Assembly: GCA_040754175.1 (NCBI GenBank)
Contig: JBFMFN010000013.1
Coordinates: 29,156-93,155, forward strand
Direction: 5' to 3'
Origin: Pseudomonadota bacterium
Lineage (GTDB): Bacteria > Pseudomonadota > Gammaproteobacteria > Burkholderiales > Gallionellaceae
Length of the DNA: 64,000 bases
The notes under the pieces: generated by a model
What the model saw: the letters and a program-made list of their open reading frames with translations, nothing else
Database searches by the model: none
Told to the model about the DNA's origin: nothing
In this document: one piece after another, positions 48,726 through 56,997 of the stretch
Layout of the letters: the number at the start of each line of letters is the position of its first letter
Numbering within the stretch: the first letter of the stretch is position 1
Made by a program: the position numbers and the translations under genes

Positions 48726-49340
48726 TCAGTGCTCCTCGCCGCCCAGTTGCATGAGGTCGTCGGCGATCATCTGCACGCGCGCCTGGATCAGGCCGAACGG
48801 CACCGGCTTCATGAACACCGACACTCCTTCCGGTACGCCGCCCAGTTCAGCCAGGCGCGTGGCATCCATGCCGGTCACCACGATGATCTCGCTGTCGTCG
48901 CAGGCGTGTTCCTCGCGCAGTTTGCGCAGCATCATGATGCCGTCCAGGCCGGGCATGTCGATGTCGGTGATGAGGATGTCGGGCGCGTGCGCGCCGATAG
49001 CCACCAGCGCGGCGAAGCCGTCATGCACGATCTTCAGGTCGATGGGCAGTCCCCAGCTCTTGAAGGTGGCCTGGTACAGCTTGCACAGCGCGAGGTTGTC
49101 TTCCACCACCAGGATGCTGAGCGCGGCAGGACGAGCAGTCGCCACTACCGCGGGCGTCTGGATCGGGGGGTGTTGCCGGTCGAGCATGGCTTGCACCGAG
49201 TCCATGAGTACGCGCCGGTGGCCGCCCGGTGTCTTCCAGGCGCGCAGGCTGCCGTTCTCCACCCACAGCTGGATGGTGCGCAGCGATACGCCCAATAGTT
49301 TGGCGGCGTCCTGGGTGGTGCAGACCTCTTGTTCTGACAT
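48726..49340 (-). CDS. Response regulator with N-terminal excisionase/MerR-like HTH
   Basis: CTTQDAAKLLGVSLRTIQLWVENG..KTPGGHRR; ILVVEDN, ITDIDMPGLDG, FMKP. Confidence 0.85.
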   Translation of the reverse strand: MSEQEVCTTQDAAKLLGVSLRTIQLWVENGSLRAWKTPGGHRRVLMDSVQAMLDRQHPPIQTPAVVATARPAALSILVVEDNLALCKLYQATFKSWGLPIDLKIVHDGFAALVAIGAHAPDILITDIDMPGLDGIMMLRKLREEHACDDSEIIVVTGMDATRLAELGGVPEGVSVFMKPVPFGLIQARVQMIADDLMQLGGEEH

Positions 49341-49392
49341 GGCGGCAGCTCTCGTTCTCAATGGTTGCGACAGGTCGCTGGATGGCGACGGG

Positions 49393-49522
49393 ATTGCATT
49401 ATTATCAAATTTATCATATTGTCAAATTTCTGATAATCATCATTAATTCATGATGTAGTGATGAATTGGCGGCGCTTACCTCGCGCTGCGGAGTGCGCAA
49501 GAAATGATAAATCTGATAATTG
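49393..49522. promoter_or_regulatory. AT-rich control region of the signalling operon with a Fur-like box
   Basis: TGATAAT-C-ATCATTA (49431-49445), repeated TTATCA/TGATAA hexamers, inverted repeat AATTCAT-N9-ATGAATT (49445-49467). Confidence 0.5.
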
Positions 49523-49533
49523 CGAGGGTGGGG

Positions 49534-50076
49534 TCAGCGCGTTAGCGGCTGGATAGCAGGCAGGAATACTTCGGTGACCAGCAGCGGCGCACCGTGCAGG
49601 GTGAACAAGGAGCGGCGTGCCCACAGCAGTTCGGGGATGGCGTGCAACTCGGCGATACGTCGGTGCAGCGGATGGTGCTCGCGCAAGGCTTTGAAATGCA
49701 AAGGCTGGCGCGTGACTTGCGGGTGCGAGAACAGCATCGCGCCCAAGGGGGTGTTGCCGAGCCCGGCCAGCGCTGCCCAGTCCCCTTGCAGGTGTTGTTG
49801 CGCGCAGGCGGAGTGGGCGAACACCACCGGCACGCTGTCGGCCAGCAGGAACACTTCGCGCGAGAAGGCGAGCTGTTGCGGGCGCACGCCGAGCAAGGCA
49901 GCTTCGTCGTGGGCGATGGCGGACAGTCCGCTGCGCAGCGGATCGACCGCGAAATGATGGCAGTGTCGCTGGATGCGCTGGGTGAGCGAGCCGTGATCGT
50001 GCAACCAGGGGAGCAGCTCGGGCGGGCAGCCGATGGTGGCCGTGCTCCAGAAGGTGTCAGGTGTGCAGGTAGTCAT
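49534..50076 (-). CDS. ubiC: Chorismate pyruvate-lyase
   Basis: WLHDHGSLTQRI, REVFL, VFAHS, LGNTPLGAMLF, WARRSLF, LLVTEVFLP. Confidence 0.85.
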   Translation of the reverse strand: MTTCTPDTFWSTATIGCPPELLPWLHDHGSLTQRIQRHCHHFAVDPLRSGLSAIAHDEAALLGVRPQQLAFSREVFLLADSVPVVFAHSACAQQHLQGDWAALAGLGNTPLGAMLFSHPQVTRQPLHFKALREHHPLHRRIAELHAIPELLWARRSLFTLHGAPLLVTEVFLPAIQPLTR

Positions 50077-52087
50077 GTCGGTTCGCCATCCAGCGTAGCA
50101 GGTGCGCCTGTGCCGCGTCAGGGAAACTTTGCAGCAGGCGTTCGGCCAGCGCGCGCGCGGCATCGAGCAGGTCGGCATCCTCCTCCAGGTCGGCGAAGCG
50201 CAGCATGGGCACCCCGCTCTGGCGTGCGCCCAGCAGTTCGCCGGGGCCGCGCAGCTTGAGGTCGTGCTGGGCGATGGCAAAACCGTCGGTGTGTTCGAAG
50301 ATCACGCGCAGGCGTTCGCGCGCCAGCTCGGACAGCGGCTGCGCATAGAGCAGCACGCACAGGCTCTCCGCCGCGCCGCGTCCGACGCGGCCGCGCAACT
50401 GGTGCAACTGCGCCAGCCCCATGCGTTCGGCATGGTCGATCACCATCATGCTGGCATTGGGCACATCGACGCCGACCTCGATCACCGTGGTGGCCACCAG
50501 CAACTGCAGTTCGCCCGCCTTGAACGCGGCCATGGTGGCGGCCTTCTCCTCGTTGGCCAGCTTGCCGTGCACCAGCCCCACGCGCAGGTCGGGGAAGATC
50601 TGCGTCAGCGTGGCGTGCGTCTCCAGCGCGGTCTGCAACTGCAACGCTTCCGATTCGTCGATCAGCGGGCACACCCAGTAAGCCTGACGTCCGCCCAGGC
50701 AGGCGTGGCGCACGCGCTCGAACACTTCCTCGCGCCGCGCATCGCTTACCAGCTTGGTGACCACCGGCGTGCGGCCGGGCGGCAACTGGTCGATCACCGA
50801 CACGTCGAGGTCGGCGTAATAGCTCATCGCCAGGGTGCGCGGGATGGGGGTGGCGCTCATCATCAATTGATGCGGCTCGCCGCCCTTGTTGCGCAAGGCC
50901 AGGCGCTGCTGCACGCCGAACTTGTGTTGCTCGTCCACGATGACCAGGCCCAATCGAGCGAATTCGACTTCCTTCTGGAACAGCGCATGGGTGCCGACGG
51001 CGAGCGGCGTGTCACCGGCGGCGATGCGCACGGCGGCTTCGCTCTTGGCTTTCTTCTTCAGGCTGCCGGACAGCCATACCGGCGTGATGCCCAACGGCGT
51101 CAGCCATTCGTGCAGCTTGAGGTAATGCTGTTCGGCGAGGATCTCGGTGGGCGCCATGAAGGCCACCTGGTGGCCGGCGGCGATGGCCTGCAAGGCGGCG
51201 AGCGCGGCGACGATGGTCTTGCCGCTGCCCACGTCGCCTTGCAGCAGGCGTTGCATGGGGTGCGCCTGTTGCAGGTCGTGGTCGATCTCGGCCAGCACCT
51301 TTTGCTGGGCGGCGGTGAGCTGGAACGGCAGGCGCGCCAGCAGTTGCGGCGCCAGACGCTTATCCGGCGGCAGCGGCGGTGCGTTGCGCGAGCGGCGCTT
51401 GCGGTAATGCGTGCGCATGGACAGTTGCTGCGCCAGCAGTTCGTCGAACTTGATGCGGCGGAAATAGGGTTGCAGGTGGCGCGTCAGTGCTTGCTCATCC
51501 AAGCCGGGTGGCGGGTTGTGCAGGTGCTGCACGCTGCTGGCGAAATCCGGCAGGCGCAGGCTGCGCAGCAGCTCCGGCGGCAGGGTGTCGGCCAGTTCCA
51601 GTTCGGCCAGTGCCGCCTGGATCTGCTTGTGCAAAGTGGCTTGCGGCAGCCCGGCGGTAGTGGGATAGACCGGCGTGAGCGCCTGCTTCAGTGGCGTGTC
51701 TTCGCCGCCGCTGCGGCATTTGGGATGCACCATCTCCAGGCCGAAGAAGCCGCCGCGCACTTCGCCCAGCGCGCGGATGGTCTTGCCGATGGCGAGCTGT
51801 TTCTGCTGGCTGGGATAGAAGTTGAGGAAGCGCAGGGTGAGCGTGCCGCTGGCGTCCTGCAACTGGCAGACCAGCGAACGGCGCGGGCGGTACATCACTT
51901 CGGCCTGCACGATCTCGCCTTCCACCTGTGCCGTCTCGCCCGGCAGCAGGTCGGCGATGGGGGTGAGCCGGGTCTCGTCCTCGTAGCGCAGCGGCAGGTG
52001 CAACACCAGGTCGAAACGCTGGTGGATGCCCAGTTTGGCGAGTTTGGCTGCCGTGGCGGCAGGGGATTTGGCCGGTGCGCGCGCCAT
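50057..52087 (-). CDS. recG: ATP-dependent DNA helicase RecG
   Basis: HLPLRYED, LLQGDVGSGKT, MAPTEILAEQH, VDEQHKFG, ATPIPRT, QLHQLRGRVGRG, DLKLRGPGE. Confidence 0.96.
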   Translation of the reverse strand: MARAPAKSPAATAAKLAKLGIHQRFDLVLHLPLRYEDETRLTPIADLLPGETAQVEGEIVQAEVMYRPRRSLVCQLQDASGTLTLRFLNFYPSQQKQLAIGKTIRALGEVRGGFFGLEMVHPKCRSGGEDTPLKQALTPVYPTTAGLPQATLHKQIQAALAELELADTLPPELLRSLRLPDFASSVQHLHNPPPGLDEQALTRHLQPYFRRIKFDELLAQQLSMRTHYRKRRSRNAPPLPPDKRLAPQLLARLPFQLTAAQQKVLAEIDHDLQQAHPMQRLLQGDVGSGKTIVAALAALQAIAAGHQVAFMAPTEILAEQHYLKLHEWLTPLGITPVWLSGSLKKKAKSEAAVRIAAGDTPLAVGTHALFQKEVEFARLGLVIVDEQHKFGVQQRLALRNKGGEPHQLMMSATPIPRTLAMSYYADLDVSVIDQLPPGRTPVVTKLVSDARREEVFERVRHACLGGRQAYWVCPLIDESEALQLQTALETHATLTQIFPDLRVGLVHGKLANEEKAATMAAFKAGELQLLVATTVIEVGVDVPNASMMVIDHAERMGLAQLHQLRGRVGRGAAESLCVLLYAQPLSELARERLRVIFEHTDGFAIAQHDLKLRGPGELLGARQSGVPMLRFADLEEDADLLDAARALAERLLQSFPDAAQAHLLRWMANRHDYLHT

Positions 52088-52109
52088 CACATCGCTGCCC
52101 GCTGTCGCT

Positions 52110-53390
52110 TCAACTGACCAGCTTGGCGACGCGCATGTCGGCCATGCGCAGCCGGTCCGCCATCACGCGCAGGAAGGCCTGGTTGAAATGCAGCTGGCAG
52201 TGGTCGGACAGGCCGGCCAGCAGGCGCGGGGCGATCCTCATCACGGTGACTTCGGTACCGGCGGTGACGGTGGCGGAGCGCGGCACGACGCGGCCGCTGA
52301 TGTAGGACATCTCGCCAAAGCAGTCATCGCGGCTGATCAGGTTGAGCAGGTAGCCGTTCTTGGTGATGTTCACCGTGCCGGCGATCATCACGTAGAAGTC
52401 GTCGCCCATCTCGTCCTCGCGCATGATCACGCTCTGCGCCGGTAGCTTCTGCCAGTCGCCGATGCGCAGGATCTCCCACAGCTCGGTGTCGGAGAAATCG
52501 GCGAACAGTTTCATGCCGCGCAGGGTGGTGAACTTCTCGGTCTGGTTGCTGGTGCTGTCGGAGTTCTGGTAGCTGCCGAGCAGCGACAGGTCGTTGCCGA
52601 AGTCGCGCCAGTTCTGATAGCGCTGTGTCTTGTCCTTGTGCATGGCGCGCTCCACGATGCGCACCAGTTCGCGCGGCAGGTCGGGGCGGTAGGTGGTGAT
52701 CGGCGTGGGCGGCATGTTGAGGATCTGGTGGCACAGGCTGGCCAGGTTCTGCGCCTTGTATGGCGCATGGCCGGTGAGCAGGCGGTACATCACCACGCCC
52801 AGCGAATAGATGTCGGTCTGGTGGGTGAGCGGTTCCGCACTCAGCTGTTCCGGCGACATGTAGCTGGGCGAGCCGAGGTTGCTCACCTGAGTCTGTTCCA
52901 GGTCGAGCAGCAGTGCGGCGCCCATGTCGGAGATCTTGATGTCGCCCTCTTCGGTCAGCATCATGTTGGCCGGTTTGATGTCGCGGTGGATGACGCCGTT
53001 GAATTGCGCGTAGTTCAGCGCGCGACAGCACTTGAACATGTATTCCACCACCCGTTCCAGCGGCAGCAGATTGTCCGGTTCGACGTGTTTCTCCAGCGTG
53101 CCGCCGCTGACGTATTCCATCACGATGTAGCTCTCGTCGTCGCCGATCAGCGCGTCGTAGATGGCCACGATGTGCGGGTGCGACAAACGGCCGGCGAGCG
53201 AGGCCTCGTTATCCAGCTGGCGCCGGAACACTTTGCCCATGCGCGCGTCGTTGAGGATCTCCTGCTTGAGCACCTTGATCGCCACTTCGCGCTCGGCGAA
53301 GTGGTCGTAGCCGTGATAGACGGTGCTGGTGGTGCCCTGACCGAGCACGCCCTTGATCAGGTATTTGCCGATCGCCTTGGGTGCGTCCAC
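52110..53390 (-). CDS. Ser/Thr protein kinase with C-terminal cNMP-binding domain (copy 1)
   Basis: [38 protein letters not shown]; FGEMSY..PRSATV; GTG start. Confidence 0.9.
   Translation of the reverse strand: MDAPKAIGKYLIKGVLGQGTTSTVYHGYDHFAEREVAIKVLKQEILNDARMGKVFRRQLDNEASLAGRLSHPHIVAIYDALIGDDESYIVMEYVSGGTLEKHVEPDNLLPLERVVEYMFKCCRALNYAQFNGVIHRDIKPANMMLTEEGDIKISDMGAALLLDLEQTQVSNLGSPSYMSPEQLSAEPLTHQTDIYSLGVVMYRLLTGHAPYKAQNLASLCHQILNMPPTPITTYRPDLPRELVRIVERAMHKDKTQRYQNWRDFGNDLSLLGSYQNSDSTSNQTEKFTTLRGMKLFADFSDTELWEILRIGDWQKLPAQSVIMREDEMGDDFYVMIAGTVNITKNGYLLNLISRDDCFGEMSYISGRVVPRSATVTAGTEVTVMRIAPRLLAGLSDHCQLHFNQAFLRVMADRLRMADMRVAKLVS
52768..52818. repeat. 51-bp direct repeat, copy 1 (identical to 54487-54537)
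   Basis: TGGCCGGTGAGCAGGCGGTACATCACCACGCCCAGCGAATAGATGTCGGTC in both kinase genes. Confidence 0.9.
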
Positions 53391-53409
53391 TGTGTGCCGG
53401 TCCTCGCGC

Positions 53410-53796
53410 TCAGTCGCTGATGACCATCACGCCGTCGGCTTCCACCAGGGCGCCGCGCGGCAGTTCCGCCACGCCGACCGCGGCGCGTGCCGGATAGGGC
53501 TGCGGGAAATAGCCGGCCATGATCTCGTTGACCTTGGCGAAGTGGCCGAGGTCGGTCAGGAAGATATTGAGTTTGACCACGTCGCTCAGGCTGCCGCCGG
53601 CGGCCTGGGTGACCGCGCGCAGGTTCTGGAATACGCGATGTACCTGCGCTTCGATGCCGTCCACCATCTGCATGGTGATCGGATCGAGGCCGATCTGGCC
53701 GGACAGGTAGACGGTGTCGTCCACGCGCACTGCCTGCGAGTAGGTGCCGATGGCGGCGGGGGCGTCCGGGGTCTGGATGATGGTCTTCTGTGCCAT
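53410..53796 (-). CDS. ridA: RidA (YjgF/YER057c/UK114) enamine deaminase
   Basis: [53 protein letters not shown]. Confidence 0.9.
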   Translation of the reverse strand: MAQKTIIQTPDAPAAIGTYSQAVRVDDTVYLSGQIGLDPITMQMVDGIEAQVHRVFQNLRAVTQAAGGSLSDVVKLNIFLTDLGHFAKVNEIMAGYFPQPYPARAAVGVAELPRGALVEADGVMVISD

Positions 53797-53831
53797 GTGA
53801 TGTTTCCTCCTGTGCGAAAAAGGCGCGGATT

Positions 53832-55136
53832 CTAACCGAGTCGGGCGATGCGCTCGTCCGCCAGACGCAGGCGTTCCGCCAGGACATAGAGGAAGGCCTG
53901 GTTGAAATGGTTCTGGCAGCTGTCCGAAAGTTGGGCGATCTGCAAGGGATCGAGCTTCATCACCGCGATCTCGGTGTTGGCGGTGACGGTGGCCGAGCGC
54001 GGCATCTGTTTGCCGCGGATGTAGGCCATCTCGCCGCAGCAGTCGCCGTTGCGCAGCGCCAGCAGCAGGCGTGCGCCGCGCGTCACGCTGACACTGCCGT
54101 CGATGATGAAGTAGATGGCGTCGCTCATCTCGTTCTCGCGCATCAGCACGGTCTTCTCCGGCTGTTTGTGCCATTCGGCGATGCGCAGCACCTCCCACAG
54201 TTCGAGGTCGCTGAAGTCGTCGAAGAAGGTCATCTTGCGCAGGATGCCGAACTTCTGGTTCTCGGCCACTTCCAGTCCGCTCTTCTCGAAATGGCCGAGG
54301 CCGGCCAGGTCGTCGCCGAACTCGCGCCAGCTGCTGTAGCGGTCTTCCGGTTTCTTCTGCAGCGCGCGCATCACGATGCGTTCCAGCTGCGGCGGCAGGT
54401 CCTTGCGCAGCGAGGAGGGCGGCGGCGGCATCTCGTTCATGATCTGCTGGTACAGATGCGCCAGGTTCTTCGGGCTGTAGGGCGAGTGGCCGGTGAGCAG
54501 GCGGTACATCACCACGCCCAGCGAATAGATGTCGGTCAGGTGCGACAGCGATTCGCCGCGTACCTGCTCGGGCGACATATAGTTTGGCGAGCCGACGTTG
54601 CTCTGCGTTTGCTCGATGTCCATGCGTACCGCGGCGCCCAGGTCGGAGATCTTGATCTTGCTTTCGGCGTCCAGCAGCAGGTTGGCGGGTTTGATGTCGC
54701 GGTGGATGACGCCGTTGTATTGCGCATAGTTGAGTGCGCGGCAGCATTCGTACATGCGTTCGACCACCGCGTCCAGCGGCAGCAGGTTGTCGGAGCGGAT
54801 GTGTTGTTCCAGCGTGCCGCCCGGCACGTACTCCATCACGATGTAGCTGATCTCGTCGCCGATCTCCGCCTCGAAGGTGGAGACGATGTGCGGGTGGTGC
54901 AGTTTGCCGGTGAGCGCGACCTCGTTCTCCAGGTGCTTGCGGTTCTGGCGGCCGTTGCGTTCATCTTTGAGGAAGCTTTGCTTGATGACCTTGAGCGCCA
55001 CCTCGCGCTTGTTGAACGGGTCGAAGCCCAGATACACCTCGCTGGTCGCACCATGCCCCAGCTGACGCAGGATGCGGTATTGGCCGAGGAAGGCGGGGAC
55101 GGTGGTTGCGGCGGTGGCGGTGGCGGCTTGATCCAT
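53832..55136 (-). CDS. Ser/Thr protein kinase with C-terminal cNMP-binding domain (copy 2)
   Basis: [38 protein letters not shown]; CGEMAY..PRSATV. Confidence 0.9.
   Translation of the reverse strand: MDQAATATAATTVPAFLGQYRILRQLGHGATSEVYLGFDPFNKREVALKVIKQSFLKDERNGRQNRKHLENEVALTGKLHHPHIVSTFEAEIGDEISYIVMEYVPGGTLEQHIRSDNLLPLDAVVERMYECCRALNYAQYNGVIHRDIKPANLLLDAESKIKISDLGAAVRMDIEQTQSNVGSPNYMSPEQVRGESLSHLTDIYSLGVVMYRLLTGHSPYSPKNLAHLYQQIMNEMPPPPSSLRKDLPPQLERIVMRALQKKPEDRYSSWREFGDDLAGLGHFEKSGLEVAENQKFGILRKMTFFDDFSDLELWEVLRIAEWHKQPEKTVLMRENEMSDAIYFIIDGSVSVTRGARLLLALRNGDCCGEMAYIRGKQMPRSATVTANTEIAVMKLDPLQIAQLSDSCQNHFNQAFLYVLAERLRLADERIARLG
54487..54537. repeat. 51-bp direct repeat, copy 2
   Basis: Identical to 52768-52818. 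Confidence 0.9.
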
Positions 55137-55278
55137 GGCCGGGAATTTACACCAAGAGCGCATGGGCAGCCAGCCGGGGGGCGCGGCTTGTCCGGGGTGG
55201 CGCTTTCGCCGATAATCCCCGGGTGCCGAATGACGGTCCTACCGCATTCGGCTTTTTTCAATCGAACCGGAAGACCAT

Positions 55279-56496
55279 TTGAACATCGATTTCCAGAGAG
55301 CTGTGGACCGCTGGGCCGGGGTGCCGATCTGTGCCGCCCTGTCCCTGTTCGAACGTCTCAAGCGTCTCTTGGTGGCGCCGCCGACCGTGCGGCAGCCACG
55401 CCGCATCCTCATCGTGCTGCTGTCCGAGATGGGCAGCCTGGTGCTGGCGCAGCCGATGTTCGCCGAACTCAAGCGGCGTTATCCCGGTGCGGAACTGCAC
55501 ATGCTGATGTTCCGCAAGAACCGCGAGGTGCTCGACCTGCTGGGGGTGATGCCGAAAGAAAACGTCATCACGCTGAACGACAAGAAGATGTCCGAGTTCG
55601 TGCCGGACATCCTCAAGGCCATCCGCCGCATGCGTGCGCTGGACTTCGATGTGGTGATCGATTGCGAACTGTTCTCGCGCGTCAGCAGCATCTTGTCCTA
55701 TCTGTCCGGTGCGCGCGTGCAGGTCGGCTTCGAACCTCACACGCAGGAAGGTCTGTATCGCGGCAGCTTCATGAATCGCAAGGTGATGTACAACCCCTAC
55801 CATCACCTGTCGCAACAGTTCCTCACCATGGTCGAGGCCATCGAATCCTCCGGCCGGCCGCTGGCCAAGCGTCTGCCGCAGGACGTGGCGCCGCCGCCCG
55901 CCTTGCAGTTCGAACCGGGGGAGGTGGCGCGCGAGATCGCGCAACTGGAAGCCGACTTCCCGGTGGTGCAGGGCAAGAAACTGGTGCTGGTGTATCCCGA
56001 CGGCGGCATCCTGCCGATCCGTGCCTGGCCGCCCGAGTATTACGAGCAGTTGTGCGACGCCTTGTTGTGCGACGGTTATGTGGTGGGTCTGATCGGCCTG
56101 CCCGATGCCAAGCCGCTGGCGCAGCGCATCGTGGCGCATTGCCGGCACGAGCACTGCATCGACCTCGCGGGCTATACCCGCTCGGTGCGCCATCTGCTGG
56201 CGGTGTTCCAGCGCGCCGCGCTGCTGGTCACCAACGATGGCGGTCCCGGCCAGTTCGCGGCGCTCACCCGTTTGCCGGTGCTGGTGTTCTTCGGCCCGGA
56301 GACGCCGGCGCTGTACAGCCCGCATGCGCCCAACATCCATTGCCTGTACACGGCGCTGTCCTGTTCGCCCTGCCTGACCGCCTATAACCACCGCAACTCG
56401 CCGTGCGATGGCGATAACCAGTGCCTCAAGCGCATCCAGCCGGAGCAGGTGCTGGCGCGCGCGCGCGAACTGTTGCAGGAGCCGGCCGCCGCATGA
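55279..56496 (+). CDS. Glycosyltransferase family 9 (heptosyltransferase-like)
   Basis: GT-B layout; IRAWPPEYY, LVTNDGGP, FFGPETP..YSP, CSPC..CL..I.PEQV; TTG start uncertain. Confidence 0.82.
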   Translation: MNIDFQRAVDRWAGVPICAALSLFERLKRLLVAPPTVRQPRRILIVLLSEMGSLVLAQPMFAELKRRYPGAELHMLMFRKNREVLDLLGVMPKENVITLNDKKMSEFVPDILKAIRRMRALDFDVVIDCELFSRVSSILSYLSGARVQVGFEPHTQEGLYRGSFMNRKVMYNPYHHLSQQFLTMVEAIESSGRPLAKRLPQDVAPPPALQFEPGEVAREIAQLEADFPVVQGKKLVLVYPDGGILPIRAWPPEYYEQLCDALLCDGYVVGLIGLPDAKPLAQRIVAHCRHEHCIDLAGYTRSVRHLLAVFQRAALLVTNDGGPGQFAALTRLPVLVFFGPETPALYSPHAPNIHCLYTALSCSPCLTAYNHRNSPCDGDNQCLKRIQPEQVLARARELLQEPAAA

Positions 56497-56996
56497 CGCC
56501 GTTCAAGATACGCATGCATCTGGCGTCGCTGCTGCGGCGTATCTTCTCCCTGCGCTTCCTCAAGTTCGGCACGGTCGGCGTGTCCGGCATCGTGGTCAAC
56601 CAGGGCGCGCTCTACGTCATGCAGGAGCATGTCTTCCATGTGGCCAACGTGGCCGGGCAGGTGGACTGGCTGCAACTCAATGTCTCGCTCGCGGTGGCCA
56701 TCCTGCTGGCGACGCTGAACAACTTCTACTGGAACCGCCTGTGGACCTGGAAGGATCGTGTCGAGCTGCACCATCGCCCCTGGCTGGCGCAGTTCGGCCA
56801 GTACACTGTGTCGTGCGGCGTGAGCATCGCGTTGCAGTTCGTGTTCACCAACCTGCTGGCGCCGCATGTCTATTATCTGATCGCCAATTTCATCGCCATC
56901 GGCGTGACCAGCGTGTTGAACTTCCTGCTCAACGACATCTGGACCTTCGGCCGTCTCCGGTTCTCGCGTCCGGTTGCGCGCGCGAAACAGGACTGA
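56493..56996 (+). CDS. GtrA family small membrane protein (lipid-linked sugar flippase-like)
   Basis: RFLKFGTVGVSGIVVN, NNFYWNRLWTW, NFLLNDIWTF; ATGA overlap. Confidence 0.82.
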   Translation: MTPFKIRMHLASLLRRIFSLRFLKFGTVGVSGIVVNQGALYVMQEHVFHVANVAGQVDWLQLNVSLAVAILLATLNNFYWNRLWTWKDRVELHHRPWLAQFGQYTVSCGVSIALQFVFTNLLAPHVYYLIANFIAIGVTSVLNFLLNDIWTFGRLRFSRPVARAKQD

Positions 56997-56997
56997 C

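Noticed and set aside
49395-49408. FNR box TGCAT-N4-ATCAA
   Set aside because: Only one good half-site, in an AT-rich tract where such matches are expected
53410-54747. Kinase-RidA fusion implied by ORF 53410..54747
   Set aside because: The upstream part is an alternative frame of the kinase; ridA has its own RBS (GGAGG), ATG at 53796 and TAGAAT box
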